This document shows, piece by piece, positions 36,111 to 48,124 of a DNA stretch of 64,000 nucleotides. This DNA is from Takakia lepidozioides (Eukaryota; Plantae; Bryophyta). The translations under genes were made by a program, and so were the position numbers. Each line of letters begins with the position of its first letter. Within the stretch, counting starts at the first letter, position 1. The DNA lies in NCBI GenBank assembly GCA_030704615.1, contig CM060733.1:68324001-68388000 (forward strand). The letters are read 5' to 3'. The notes below the pieces were generated by a model, which was not told the DNA's origin, did not search any database, and saw only the letters and a list, made by a program, of their open reading frames with translations.

Positions 36111-39100
36111 ATGAGTGATGAAAGAGAAGCTAGACGACAAAGATATTCATCAAAAAGAGAAAGCTATCTGAAAGCTAATTATCCATATCTTTGGGAGAGA
36201 GGAATAGACATAGGGGAATCATCTGGACCTCTCACACCATCAAGATCAAAAAGTGCATCACCTATACCGGAAGAACTAGAGTTGGATGCCACTCCTTCTG
36301 TTTCTTTGCAAGAAAGATTAAGGGAATTGGTACAGGAAGAAGATCAATCACGAGGTGAAAGATCTGAGGTACATCCTTGGATAAAAGACTTGACAGAAAT
36401 CTTTGATAAGAGTTGGCATGGAACACCAAAAGCAGGAACTCCAGTTTCTGAAGCAGAAGATGAAGAAGGAGATGAGGATGTGGCAGAGCCAACGGAGAGT
36501 TCAGACTCTCCAACACCATTACAGTTGAGTTACATGAGTGAAGAAGAAACCCAAGGGCAGAACTTGGAGGATGAAAACAGAGAGAAGAAATTGGAAGAGG
36601 AAGAATATGAAGAAGTAGACCCAACAGCTGAGGTTGAGACTACAACCAGGACATCCCAACCCGTTGGACCTGGATCAAGTGGAGCACTTAGATCACAGGC
36701 CAACGAAGGTGTCGGCTCAGGGGGATCAGGCGGGCTGCCTGGATCTGGCTCTGGGGGGACAGGGAGTGTGGGAAGTAGTGCAACTGAAGCTGGGAATACT
36801 GTGAATATCGTGGGGCCAGAAGCAGGGAGTGCTCAAGGGCCACCACTTGGTGGAAGATCCACCACAAAAACAACAGGTCCAGAAGGACCAGCACCAGCAA
36901 GGGTGCCAGCACCTGTCAGTGGGCAGAAGGTAGGGCCACAGATGGCGTTACAACCAACACGGGCAAAACCACCCTTTCCAATATATTCAGGAAAAGGGGA
37001 TCCCGATGTACACATTAGCCAATTTGAGCACATGTGTATAGTGAACAATGAGAATGGCGATGATGCCAAGATGAGACTGTTTCCTTGTTCACTTATCAAG
37101 AAAGCAAGTGAATGGTATGCAAGATTCCCTGATAATCATTTCCTAACCTGGAATGGCTTGAATACAGCATTTCAACTGAGGATGAAGTGTATGGAAGTTT
37201 ACAACAGCTGAAGCAGAAGAAGCATGAAACTGTTGAGGAGTATATGGAGAAGATGGAATTGATGATGAAAAAGCTGGCTGCAGTACCAGCACCCGGTTTA
37301 CAGAAGACTTGGTTTGTGAGTGGACTAAGACCAGAGTTGCAGAAGAAAGTGGATATGTTACCCCATAATACAGTGGAGGAGGCATTTGAAACTGCAAACA
37401 GAATTGAGCAATTGGGAATGCTCAGGAGAGAGAAAAAGGAAGATGAGGACTCTGAAGATGAGTCAGATGAAGAAGAAGAGCAAGAACTAAAAAGAAAGAG
37501 TAAGAGAAAGGAAAAGTTGAAGAGGGATAACTATGAGAAAAGATTGGAAGAAATCTTGAAGAAGTATGCCACAGAGGCTGCAACACATTGGAGGAAGGGT
37601 GTATGGTGTGCAAAGTGCCAGAATGAAGGCCATACCACTGCAGAATGCCACATGAAGGAGAAACACTGTACTATCTGTAAAATGGATAACCATTCTACTG
37701 AGAATTGTTACTACAACAGAAGGACAGCTGCAAGAGAACCTAGGCAAGTGAGGGTGCATCAGGTGCAGCCCCAGCCAAGAAGAAGCAATGATCAGGACCA
37801 CTATGGTAGGTCTGGTGGTTATAACAATGGCATGGAAGGGAGAGGTAATTCAAGAGGGAATTACCAAGGAAATTCCAGAGGCAACTATCAGGGTAATCCA
37901 AGGGGGAATTACCAACCCGGGAATCAGGATTATAGAAATAATCCAAGACCAGACCAAGGGCGAGGACCCAATGGTGAAGAGCTATGTTACTATTGTAATC
38001 AGCCAGGACATCGCAAGGCAGCCTGTTCATTCTGGATAAGACACCAGAATGAGATGAGAGCTCCTGTGAATGAGGGCCCAGTGGTGGCAGCTCACATGGT
38101 TAGGCCATGTGTTGTACCAGAAGTAAGTACAATGATAGTAACAAGAAGTAAAGCCAAACTAATACCTCCAGTAGAAGAGGAAGAAGATGAGACTGGAAGT
38201 GGCAATGATATGCCTGAAGATGAAGAGACTTGGAAGGATGAGAAGGAACTGCACAAGGAAGTGGCAGATACTATAAGGGAAATGCAAAAGAGTACTGATA
38301 TTCCTGTGGCAGATTCCTCTGATTCGGATGGAGAAAAAGAGGGGAGTGAGGAAGAAAGGAAAAAAGAGGATGCAGACATGCAAAGTAATGAAGAGACTTT
38401 GGCTGCAGTAATATGTCAGACCAAAGCAGAAATTACCATTGGACAGCTATTAGCTGTGGCACCTTATTGTAGGCACAGGCTGTATCAGGCAATCAATCGA
38501 ATTGCCCAAGAGACAGGAAACACAGACCTGAACAGCAAGGTGACCAGTTATAATGTGAAGCCGGAAGGGCGAGAACCAGTCATGGACTTTGATGATTCTA
38601 TGCCAGTAATCCAATTGAGAATTGGAAGCACAGAACTAACTGATGTACTGATAGATGGTGGTTCTGGAGTAAATATCATGACAGACCAATTAAGGAAGAA
38701 GCTTGGTCTAAGTAACATGAAACCAGCCCCATTTACAGTAACAATGGCAGATCAAAGAAGTGTACAGCCATTGGGATTAATAAGAGGAGTTAAGATACAG
38801 ATACAGAAAATGATCTTTATGATCACAGTAACTGTATTAAAAATGGATGAAGTCATGGAGGCTTACTCCTTATTATTGGGACGTCCGTGGCTGAAACAGG
38901 CCAGGGTATTCCATGACTGGAATTCTCAGTTACTAACTGTGCATAATGGGATGCACGAGATACAAATTACCACAAAGAAATCTAGTAGATTACCTGCTAC
39001 AAGAAGACCTCGAGGAGTCAGAGAGTATGACTGGAGGGGAGGACTGGATGAGGAGCAGGAAGCTACCCTATTTGCTGCACACCCAGAATGGGAGCAGGTT

Positions 39101-42100
39101 GCGGAGATGCGGCTGGAAAGCCTAAGTTGTTTAAGAGGTATCTGCTGTGGTGTAGTGTCGGCAACACCAATTGAAGAGGAAACCAACTGTTACCCACCAC
39201 ATTTCTATGAAGAAAAGGAGGGAGAGATAGAAATCCTAGAAGAACCAGCCACTGTGAGCTTAAAGGATGAAGTGGTGACTGGTTGGACAATCACAGCTGA
39301 TGAGCAGGTGAGAGAAGTAAATGTGGGAACTCAGGAGGAACCGAGAATGGTGAAAGTAGGAGCTGATTTGGAGCCGGAGTTCTTCGAAGAAGCTAAAAGC
39401 TTGTTCATCAAATACAGAGATGTATTTGCTTGGAGCTATGAGGATCTAAAAGGGATACCACCTGAAGTCTGTCAGCATAAAATTGAACTGGAACCAGGGT
39501 CAGTACCAATCAAGCAGGCGAGGTATAGAATGAATCCCAACTACGCACAGAAGGTTGGAGAAGAGATAAAGAAGTTGGCTGAGGCTAAGTTTATATACCC
39601 AATAGAGTATACAACTTGGTTGTCACCCATTGTTATAGTTCCCAAGAAGAATGGCAAACTAAGAGTATGTGTGAACTATAAGAAGCTGAATGCTTGTACG
39701 AAGAAAGATCCTTTCCCTTTGCCATTCACAGAAGCAGTATTAGACACTGTGGCAGGCCATGAGATGTACTCATTCATGGATGGCTTCAGTGGTTATAATC
39801 AAGTGCAAGTGGCAGAAGAAGACCAAGGGAAAACAGCTTTCATCACAGACTGGGGGGCTTATGCATACAAAGTCATGCCCTTTGGACTTTGTAATGCACC
39901 AGCGACCTTTCAGAGAGTGATAAGTGAATCTTTTCATGAGTATCTGGATGATTTCATGCAGGTATTCTTGGATGATTTCAGTGTGTACAGCTCTAAGAAT
40001 GAGCACTTGCATAAATTGGAGTTATGCCTGGCCAGATGCAGGATGAGAGGTCTGGGCTTGAATCCAGAGAAGTGTACTTTCTGTGTGAACTCAGGGGTAC
40101 TTCTGGGACACATAGTGTGTAAGAAGGGACTTCTTGTGGATCCCAGGAAGACAGAGTCCATTAAAGTCTCTCCACCACCAGTGAATGTTAAGAGTTTAAG
40201 GAGATTCCTTGGGCAAACCAGTTATTACAGAAGATTTGTCAAAAGGTATGCACAAATAGCAGCACCATTGAGCAAGCTTCTGAAGAAAGATGCAGTGTTT
40301 GCATGGACAGCTGAATGTCAACAGGCGTTTGAGGAACTTACACTGTCAGTAACAACTACACCTGTGCTGATTAACCCTCACTGGCATGTAGTATTTCATG
40401 TTCACTGCGATGCATCAGGAGAAGCGTTGGGAGCGGTGTTAGCCCAGAATGTTACAGGGAATATAGATTCACCTGTGTACTATGCTAGCCGGTTGATGAA
40501 CAGTGCTGAGAGGAACTATAGCACAACGGAAAGAGAAGCATTGGCAATGATCTATGCAGTGAAGAAATTCAGGCATTACCTATTGGGAAGAAAGTTTATG
40601 TTTTATGTGGATCACCAGGCTCTGATATATCTGGTGAACAAACCTTTGATAAGTGGAAGGATAGCGAGGTGGTTAATAATCTTGCATGAGTTTGAGTTCG
40701 AGGTTATTTACAAGCCTGGCCGTTTGCATCTTGTGGCAGATCATTTGTCACGACTAACAACAGGAGAGGCCGCCACAGGAGTGGACGATCAGTTACCTGA
40801 TGCGAGTTTATTTGTAATGGAGGTGCAAGGAAGTGCAGATGAATGGTTAGATTGGCAGTGGCCAATCAGATACTACCTTGCTCATGGTCAGTGCCCACCT
40901 AGTTATGGTAAGGAACAGAGGAAGAGAATCGCTATCAAAGCTTTACCTTATACTATGGTAGGAAGCAGAATGTATAAGTTAGGACCTGATGGGTACTAAA
41001 ACGATGCTTGTACCACCATGAAGTAAATAAAGTCTTGGAGGAAGTTCATAAAGGAGTGGCTGGAGGTCATTTTGGAGAAGAGACTACCAGTAGAAAGATA
41101 CTACTCGCAGGATACTGGTGGCCTACTTTGTTCAAAGATGTACATGAGTATTGTCAGAAGTGTGATGAATGTCAGAGGCTAGGACCTTTGCAGAGATCTG
41201 GAAGAATGGCCTTGCATCCTACAATGCCTACGGAACCATTTCAGAAATGGGGACTAGACTTTGTTGGACCAATTAATCCACCATCCAAGAATACACAAAA
41301 CAGGTACATAATTACAGCCACTGATTATACTACAAAGTGGGTGGAAGCTAAAGCTTTGAGGGACAACACAGCCAAGTCCACAGCAAGGTTCCTGTACGAG
41401 AACATACTTACACGATTTGGATGTCCCTTAGAATTTATCAGTGATCAAGGAAGTCACTTCATGAATGAGACCATTGAGTTATTGACTAAAGAGTTTATGA
41501 TTGTGCATAGAAAGAGTACAACATATTACCCACAGGGTAATGGACAGGCAGAGGCTACCAACAAAATACTATGTACTATCTTGGCTAAGATAGTCAATGC
41601 AAACAGAACGGATTGGGATACAAAGCTGCTGACAGCTTTGTGGTCATACAGGACTTCATATAAAGTCACCACTAAGTATACACCATTCCAATTAGTTTAT
41701 GGTATGGAAGCCTTACTTCCAGTAGAATTTCTGTTACCTACCATGAGAACGGAGTGGGGAAAAAGAATGGAATTGCAAGACTCCATCAAGGTCAGGAAAC
41801 ATGAATTATACCATGTGGAAGAAGTACGTGCTGATGCAGCTGATAATATGACCAGAATTCAGATGAAGCGAAAGGAACAGTTTGATGAAGGCAAATTAAA
41901 GACTTTTAAGACGGGGGATTTGGTTCTATGGTTGCAGAAGAAAGGAAAGATTCAAGCTTCTAAGCTTAAATCACCATGGAAAGGACCTTATGTCATACAA
42001 AAGATGTATGATAACAACACAGCCATGTTACAAACCATTAACAAAGAAATGCTGGGAAGAGTCAATGCAAATAAGTTGAAGGGGTACAGTGGTATCCATG

Positions 42101-42825
42101 ACAAACCCCTGCAGCATGATTTGCATGTTGAACCGCAAGAGCAGTCACGGGCTGCACCAGTGTTACGAACGGAGTATGGAACACTTGTCGCTAGGCCCAG
42201 TATATATGACCGGGGTGGGCAAAACAAACGTGACACAGCCTATCACAGCCCATCACGGCGTGACACAGCCTATCACAGCCCAGCACGGCGTGACACAGCC
42301 TATCACAGCCCATCACGGCGTGACACAGCCTATCACAGCCCATCACGGCGTGACACAGCCTATCACAGCCCAGCACGGCGTGACACAGCCTATCACAGCC
42401 CGTCACAACGTGACACAGCCTATCACAGCCCATCACGGCGTGACACAGCCTATCACAGCCCAGCACGGCGTGACACAGCCTATCACAGCCCATCACGACG
42501 TGACACAGCCTATCACAACCTACCGCAGCGTGTCACAGCCTATCACAGCTTACCACAGTGCAACACAGCCTATCACAGCGTAACACAGTATGACACAGCC
42601 TGTCACAGCTCAACACAGCCTACTAAAGTTACACCATCCATAGAATCAGTGGCAAGTGGACACATAATAACTTCAGGAAAATGGATGACGGAAGAGGAAA
42701 CGGAAATTACTTTAAAAATAGACACGTGGAGGTCAGGGCTCGTACACACAGCCCACCACGAAACTCTCAACGTCAACAAGGTGCTCACTCACAAAGGTTT
42801 GCTACTCGGAAACAGTAAACCGTGA
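36111..42825 (+). CDS. B1 Gag-Pol polyprotein with two frameshifts (about 37173 and 40992)
   Basis: Three CCHC knuckles, protease LIDGGSG, RT VFLDDF, RNase H DASG...YVDH, integrase HHCC / DD-E / GPY. Confidence 0.93.
42229..42620 (+). repeat. 30-bp in-frame minisatellite encoding (RRDTAYHSP[S/A])n in the integrase tail
   Basis: CGTGACACAGCCTATCACAGCCC[AT/AG]CACGG, about 9 near-perfect units plus degenerate ones. Confidence 0.95.
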
Positions 42826-42857
42826 GGACACGGCTTTTTGAGGGGGGAAGGGGTAAA

Positions 42858-43905
42858 TGTTAGAGGACTGTAGGGGACTTAGACACTTATACGGGATCTG
42901 TAGGGTACCCTTAATTTTTGCACAGACTGAGACAAACAGGAACCTTAGGGGTGACAGCAGCGCACTGTAGAGGGGGGTTACATAGCCCACACAGCCGACA
43001 CAGCAGTCACAGCCCACACAGCCAACACAGCCCGTCACAGTCGTCACAGCCCACACAGCCGTCACAGCCCACACAGCCCGTCACAGTCGTCACAGCCCAC
43101 ACAGCCCACACAGCCGTCACAGCCCACACAGCCCGTCACAGTCGTCACAGCCCACACAGCCCACACAGCCCGTCACAGTCGTCACAGCAGACACAGCCCA
43201 CACAGCCAGTCACAGCCCGGCACAGCCACACAGCCAGTCACAGCCCGACACAGCCAAACACAGCCAGTCACCGCTTGACACAGCTGTCACGATAATAGGG
43301 AACGAAGAGTAGGACAGGGAACGACTGTGGGGAACAACACCTGTGAAGGGAACATGTTAGTTCACATACGACGGTTAGAGAGGGAAACGGTTAGAACCGC
43401 GGATAGGAGGATAAAGGGAAGAACGGGGAATGATGAGGGGATCATTATTCGGGGAGGACTTCGGAGTCAGGCGGGAGCGGAGATCGGAGAGCACGATGAA
43501 GGAGAAAAGAGGATTAGTAGATGCTTGTCATATGCAAAGCTAGAGTGATATTGTAGAGCAGATTAGAGACATAATGGCTTCGGCCTGATACCTGATAAAT
43601 CATAATCTGATACTTATACGATACAATCACACTGTGTAGAGAGATCTGAGTGAAGCTGTGGATTGAATGGATTAGTGGAGGGAACCGATAGATCGATGAA
43701 GCAAACTGATACTTAATTATCAATGGTAAGGTAGCTAAGATGAATGCGGAAAGGGAAACAAATAGGAAACACCCCCATGATACACTAGCTGTAGGTCATG
43801 ACTGATTGTTCTGCGCGGGCTGAGTACTTAGAGATTTCCAACTCTTCTATCTTGGAGTTTCCGCCTCGGATAGCGAAGGGATGGGTGAGTAAAAGCCGCG
43901 CGACA
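42858..43905 (+). repeat. B1 3' LTR (1048 bp) with CACAGC array
   Basis: TGTTAG...CGCGACA, directly after the PPT. Confidence 0.94.
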
Positions 43906-44289
43906 TTTTGGCACTCCTGGTGGTGTTGGAAGAACGCAAGCGCTTGTGGGAGCTCGCAAAGTACAACATTGCCAAAGCTAGGAAACGTTATGAACGACAG
44001 GCGAATCGGAAGTGGCGGGAGGTAAAGTTTGAAGCTGGAAGCGAGGTGTGGTTGAACATTAAGAATTTTTGACTACCTCCGGAAGTGAGTCCAAAGTTTG
44101 TACCTCCATTTGCGGGACCTTTTCGCATTTGGAAGATGATGAATGAGGATGTGTATGAGCTGGAGCTCCCGGTGAACAATAAGGTACATCCGGTATTCCA
44201 CGTTTCCCTTTTGAAGCCTTACTTAAAAAATGAGCACGTCCGAATCGACATCAAGTGTTGCGTCCGCCACCTGTGCTGTGGGATCATGA

Positions 44290-44473
44290 AAATGAACCGG
44301 AGTACGAAGTGGAGGCAGTGCTTAAGTCAAGGAGGTTGAAGAACCGAGAAACAGAGTATCTCGTTAAATGTCATCAAGTGGAGGCAACTTGGGTGCGTGC
44401 CTCAGAAATGGGAAATGCATCCGAGGCGGTTGCAGCTTTCAAAGGGCGACCTCAAAAGCGGAAGAAGCATTGA
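44290..44473 (+). pseudogene. Chromodomain at the A2 integrase C-terminus
   Basis: EYEVEAVLKSRR...EYLVK...EATW. Confidence 0.85.
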
Positions 44474-45381
44474 TGGGGACATCAACCTTTGGATCGTGGG
44501 GGAGGAAATGCATGCTTAGTCCGGCTTAGCTAGCTCAGGAATCTGATTGCGAAAACTTGTGTTGTACAAATTTTGTTTATAAATTAAATGGTTTCCAAAT
44601 GTTGTGCTTCCTATTTTGTTTGGAATGGTGATGCATGGTATGGTTGGCTAGTGTGTAGAATGCATGCTAGCTTACAAAAGTAGGAGAGGTAATTTGGATT
44701 AATTGTGTGTTTGCGCAGTGCCGAAATCGGGTGACTCCCATCTAAGGGGCAAGGAAACTTGCGCCTTCTTTGGGGGTTCACGTGCTAATATGCACCTGGC
44801 GCGTGCGCGTACTATAACTGTGCTACCGAGGGGGTTGCCTTGTAGTGCGGGCTAACGTGGAAGCTACGTGCTTCCGTTCACGTACTATAATTGTGTAGCC
44901 TCGGGACGAAGTTGTAGTGCGGCTTCGGCGTGTTCCCGTACCTCAGGCCAACATTCCAAGGTGGGCCCAATTGTAGTGATTGGGGCGCACGGTTGGTTCA
45001 AGGTTATCTTCCTAGTAAAAAAGGGTTCAAGGTGAACCCTTGCTCAAGGTGATGCCAAAAAGCGGCATCATGAGCGGTCGCAAGCAATGTTGTTGCAGTA
45101 AGGCGATTTGATCGTCGGGGAGGATCGTTCCTTGACCTGGAAGTGGATCAAGAAGAGTGCACTGGGTGGAGCTTGAGAGGCTCCACCCTTGGCCGGGACT
45201 TGGAGGAAGTCGGCCAAACTAGCTAGTGGAGAGTAGAGTCAAGTGGGGGTTTGGTTCTTTGCCATGGGACGCCATGGTACGGAAACAAACTCCTTGATGT
45301 GGGACGCCACAACTTGGATATTAGTTTCCACAAAAAGGGACAAGTCGATGAGGACATCGACTCCTCATTGGTAGGAGTATG

Positions 45382-46107
45382 TGTCGTGACCCTTTGCCTT
45401 GAGGGTGGGGGGTCGGGACACAAGAGGGGATGCCCCTGTGGTGGGGGCAGTGGCAGCAAATAGGAAAGGGGGCTGAAGCACCCTTGAGTGCCGAAGGCAC
45501 GCAAGGAGGTGGTAGCGCTCATTAGGTGGAGCCCTGCAAACCGGGTGACGGTGGTGGGGGCTCCACGAGGGGTGGTGGTAGCGTAGGGAGTCACAGTGGG
45601 GGTGACATAGGACTCACCATGAGGGTGAGGCCTTGTGGTGGGAGTCATGGGGAGTCTTGGGACTCACCACGGTCCGATGGGGCCGTGGTGGGTGGGCCAA
45701 GACTCACCGTGGCTCACCACAGGGACGATCGAGGGTCTAAGTGGTGGTGCACCAGATTTAGACTTGGCTACTTGTGGAACCCCCGCGGACACCTACAGAA
45801 GTATATATAGGGAGTAGTAACCCCGAGAACGGTGCAAGCCCGTTGGTGACCAAAAACTAGTGAGTAAGCGTGCGAGCCGGAAAGCGACCAAGGTGTGAGG
45901 AGCTGTTCCGGACTGCCATCTACCAAAGGGAATTTCCACTGAGCCCAACAGGTCGAGGGTCGAGTGGGAGTGTGAGGGGGACCGTTATGCCCCGGTGAGT
46001 AGCCGAAGCTCCGAGTTGGCCTGACGGCCAGTTTGGGAGTTAGGCGCGCGCATCAAAGCGAGTAACTATGACTTGAAGGGGAGCTTACTGAAGTGAGGTG
46101 CGTGACA
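45382..46107 (+). repeat. A2 3' LTR (726 bp)
   Basis: TGTCGTG...CGTGACA; aligns to 1511-2236. Confidence 0.93.
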
Positions 46108-46149
46108 GATATTGTGCAACGTGGAGCTTGGTCACAACGGTGAAAACAT

Positions 46150-46570
46150 GGAATATCCTACACATTTACAATTACTGCCTCCTTTTGCATCTTGGTTGGT
46201 TCAGGTTGTACGAGATTATGTAGCTATAGGATCCAGGGATGAGGCACTCATGGAGGAATGATTTGTCAAACCCCCGTCTATGAATGCATTGTCATTCAAG
46301 CTGGGATTAAGTGCGTATGGGGACCACTACAGGACCAGCACTATCCGATCTACCAATTGGTGACATATGACAGTGGAATGACATTTGTCTTTGAACATGA
46401 GGATTGTAAAGTGCGCTATGTGGGCATTGTGAAGAAAATATTACAAGTGGACTATGGCAAAACTCAAGTCATCATCTTCATTTGTGGATGGGTTTGTGCA
46501 AACATGGTGGGAAGGAATGCATTCATGAAAAAAGATGAGTTTGGGTTTACACTAGTTAATTTCATTGGAA
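46150..46570 (+). pseudogene. CACTA/EnSpm transposase C-terminal (DUF4216-like) fragment
   Basis: YVGIVKKILQVDYG...IIFICGWV...KKDEFGFTLVNF. Confidence 0.75.
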
Positions 46571-47164
46571 TTGGTGGATTTGCATGTACTCGCCCTGTCC
46601 GTGCAATAGAGGTCACGGTATTAAAAGACATGGAAGCTTTGTTCAAGTCTGGGACTGGAGACACAAACGTGCATTCATAAAGAAATGTTGAAGTAGACTG
46701 TGAGGAATATTCAGCATCAAACAGTGAGGATGAAGACAATCTACCCGACACAAACTTTGCAATGTAGATTAATCGCAATCAGAATATTACCCTTGCCTCC
46801 TATAGTGCTGCATGATGGTAAGAGATTGTGCAACTACATCACTGTCTGCTCCCGTAGTAGATGTCTGCTCCCATGTACAAGTACAGACAAATTTCAAAAT
46901 TGTCATCATCTGTCTCCCCCGTGCCACATTTGTTTTTTGGTTGCTTTTGTTGTGGGCACCAGTCCTGCCTTTGTGGGGTCCAATTATTGGGAAAGTCACA
47001 CACAGCAGATCAGTGCATGTATGGCGGGTCACCACCGAACAGAAACGAAAGAAGTCATGGGTAAGCCTAGATGAGGTAAACAAAGATAAGGTGACCTCGT
47101 TGGTGCTCAGAGAGGGATAGCAGACATGGGAGGGATGGTGTGTATAGTCCATAATCGTCTGACA

Positions 47165-48124
47165 AGGCCTATTCTATGCCTTCAAGTTCCTAATCTTGTC
47201 CCGGGCGAGCCAGGACCCGTTGAGGGGCACAAACTGTCTTTTCAAAAGTTCCTTGAACCCACTCCAGTTCAAGGTTTCTGGGTTTGGCCCTTGGTCATGA
47301 AAGCACTTTTGCCGCCATTGTTGAGCATAGCCCCTCAAATAGGTGGGAGCCACTTCCACCCGATCCTCGTCACTCAACTTGGCCGCCCGGAAGTACTGCT
47401 CCAGCTCCAAGAGCCGGGGGTTGAGTGCCTAGGTTCCTTAGGCTTCACCTTAAACTTTGCCTTAGTGGAAGTGGCATTAGCCGCCCTCATCACGTCTTTC
47501 AGCGTCTCGCCAACAACCCTTCCCAAAAGGCTGCTGGCATGGGAGGCATCTGTTGGTCTGACGGAGCTTTTGGAAGGTCCTCGGGCTCCGACTCCCTAGA
47601 TTCCTTCCACTCTCGAGCGGCCTCGCTTTCAAAAGCCAAAATTGCCTCTTCCATTTGCCGCTTCGGTGACACGTCGCCCCCACCGGGCTCACTGGGATCA
47701 TCGTCTTTCGGGCCATTTCGCTTTCGCTTTGTCTTGCCCGACCCCATGGTGAGGCCAATCTCAAGGACGATCACGTACTGAACTCTAAGCTCCGATACCA
47801 AGTGTCGCGCACGTCACTTCGGTAAGCTCCCCTTCAAGTCATAGTTACTCGCTTTGATGCGCGCGCCTAACGACCTGTTGGGCTCAGTGGAAATTCCCTT
47901 TGGTAGATGGCAGTCCGGAACAGCTCCCCACACCTTGGTCGCTTTCCGGCTCGCACGCTTACTCACTAGTTTTTGGTCACCAACGGGCTTGCACCATTCT
48001 CGGGGTTACTACTCCCTATATATACTTCTGTAGGTGTCCGCGGGGGTTCCACAAGTAGCCAAGTCCAAATCTCGTGCACCACCACTTAGACCCTCGATCG
48101 TCCCTGTGGTGAGCCGCGGTGACT
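47165..48124 (-). mobile_element. Family A fragment A3 (partial LTR 47803-48124, Met PBS, 5' gag), inverted
   Basis: Reverse-complement TGGTATCGGAGC at 47789-47800; gag MGSGKTKRKRNGPKDDDP... Confidence 0.88.

Larger units (their letters stand above)
34570..43905 (+). mobile_element. Non-chromoviral Ty3/Gypsy family B, copy B1, near full length, inserted in the A2 integrase
   Basis: Two near-identical LTRs, PBS TGGCGACCGTACTGGGA (35504), ORF1-gag-PR-RT-RH-INT, PPT GAGGGGGGAAGGGG (about 42840-42853). No chromodomain and no second RNase H seen. Confidence 0.95.
26809..46107 (+). mobile_element. Chromovirus family A, copy A2 (5' deleted; gag-PR-RT-RH-INT-chromodomain; 3' LTR), hosting D, MULE copy 2 and B1
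   Basis: [29 protein letters not shown]...W|LDDFV; RNase H DASDFAIG; integrase (33471-34569 and 43906-44250); chromodomain; LTR 45382-46107. The flanks do not form a TSD. Confidence 0.9.

Noticed and set aside
37150-37215. Programmed ribosomal frameshift in B1 gag
   Set aside because: B3 is open here; B1 simply lacks about 22 bp.
42229-42620. CRISPR-like array
   Set aside because: Head-to-tail units with no unique spacers, in frame in an integrase, no cas genes, eukaryotic context.
44806-44925. Hammerhead or twister ribozyme
   Set aside because: No CUGANGA/GAAA core or recognisable twister motifs; kept only as hairpins.
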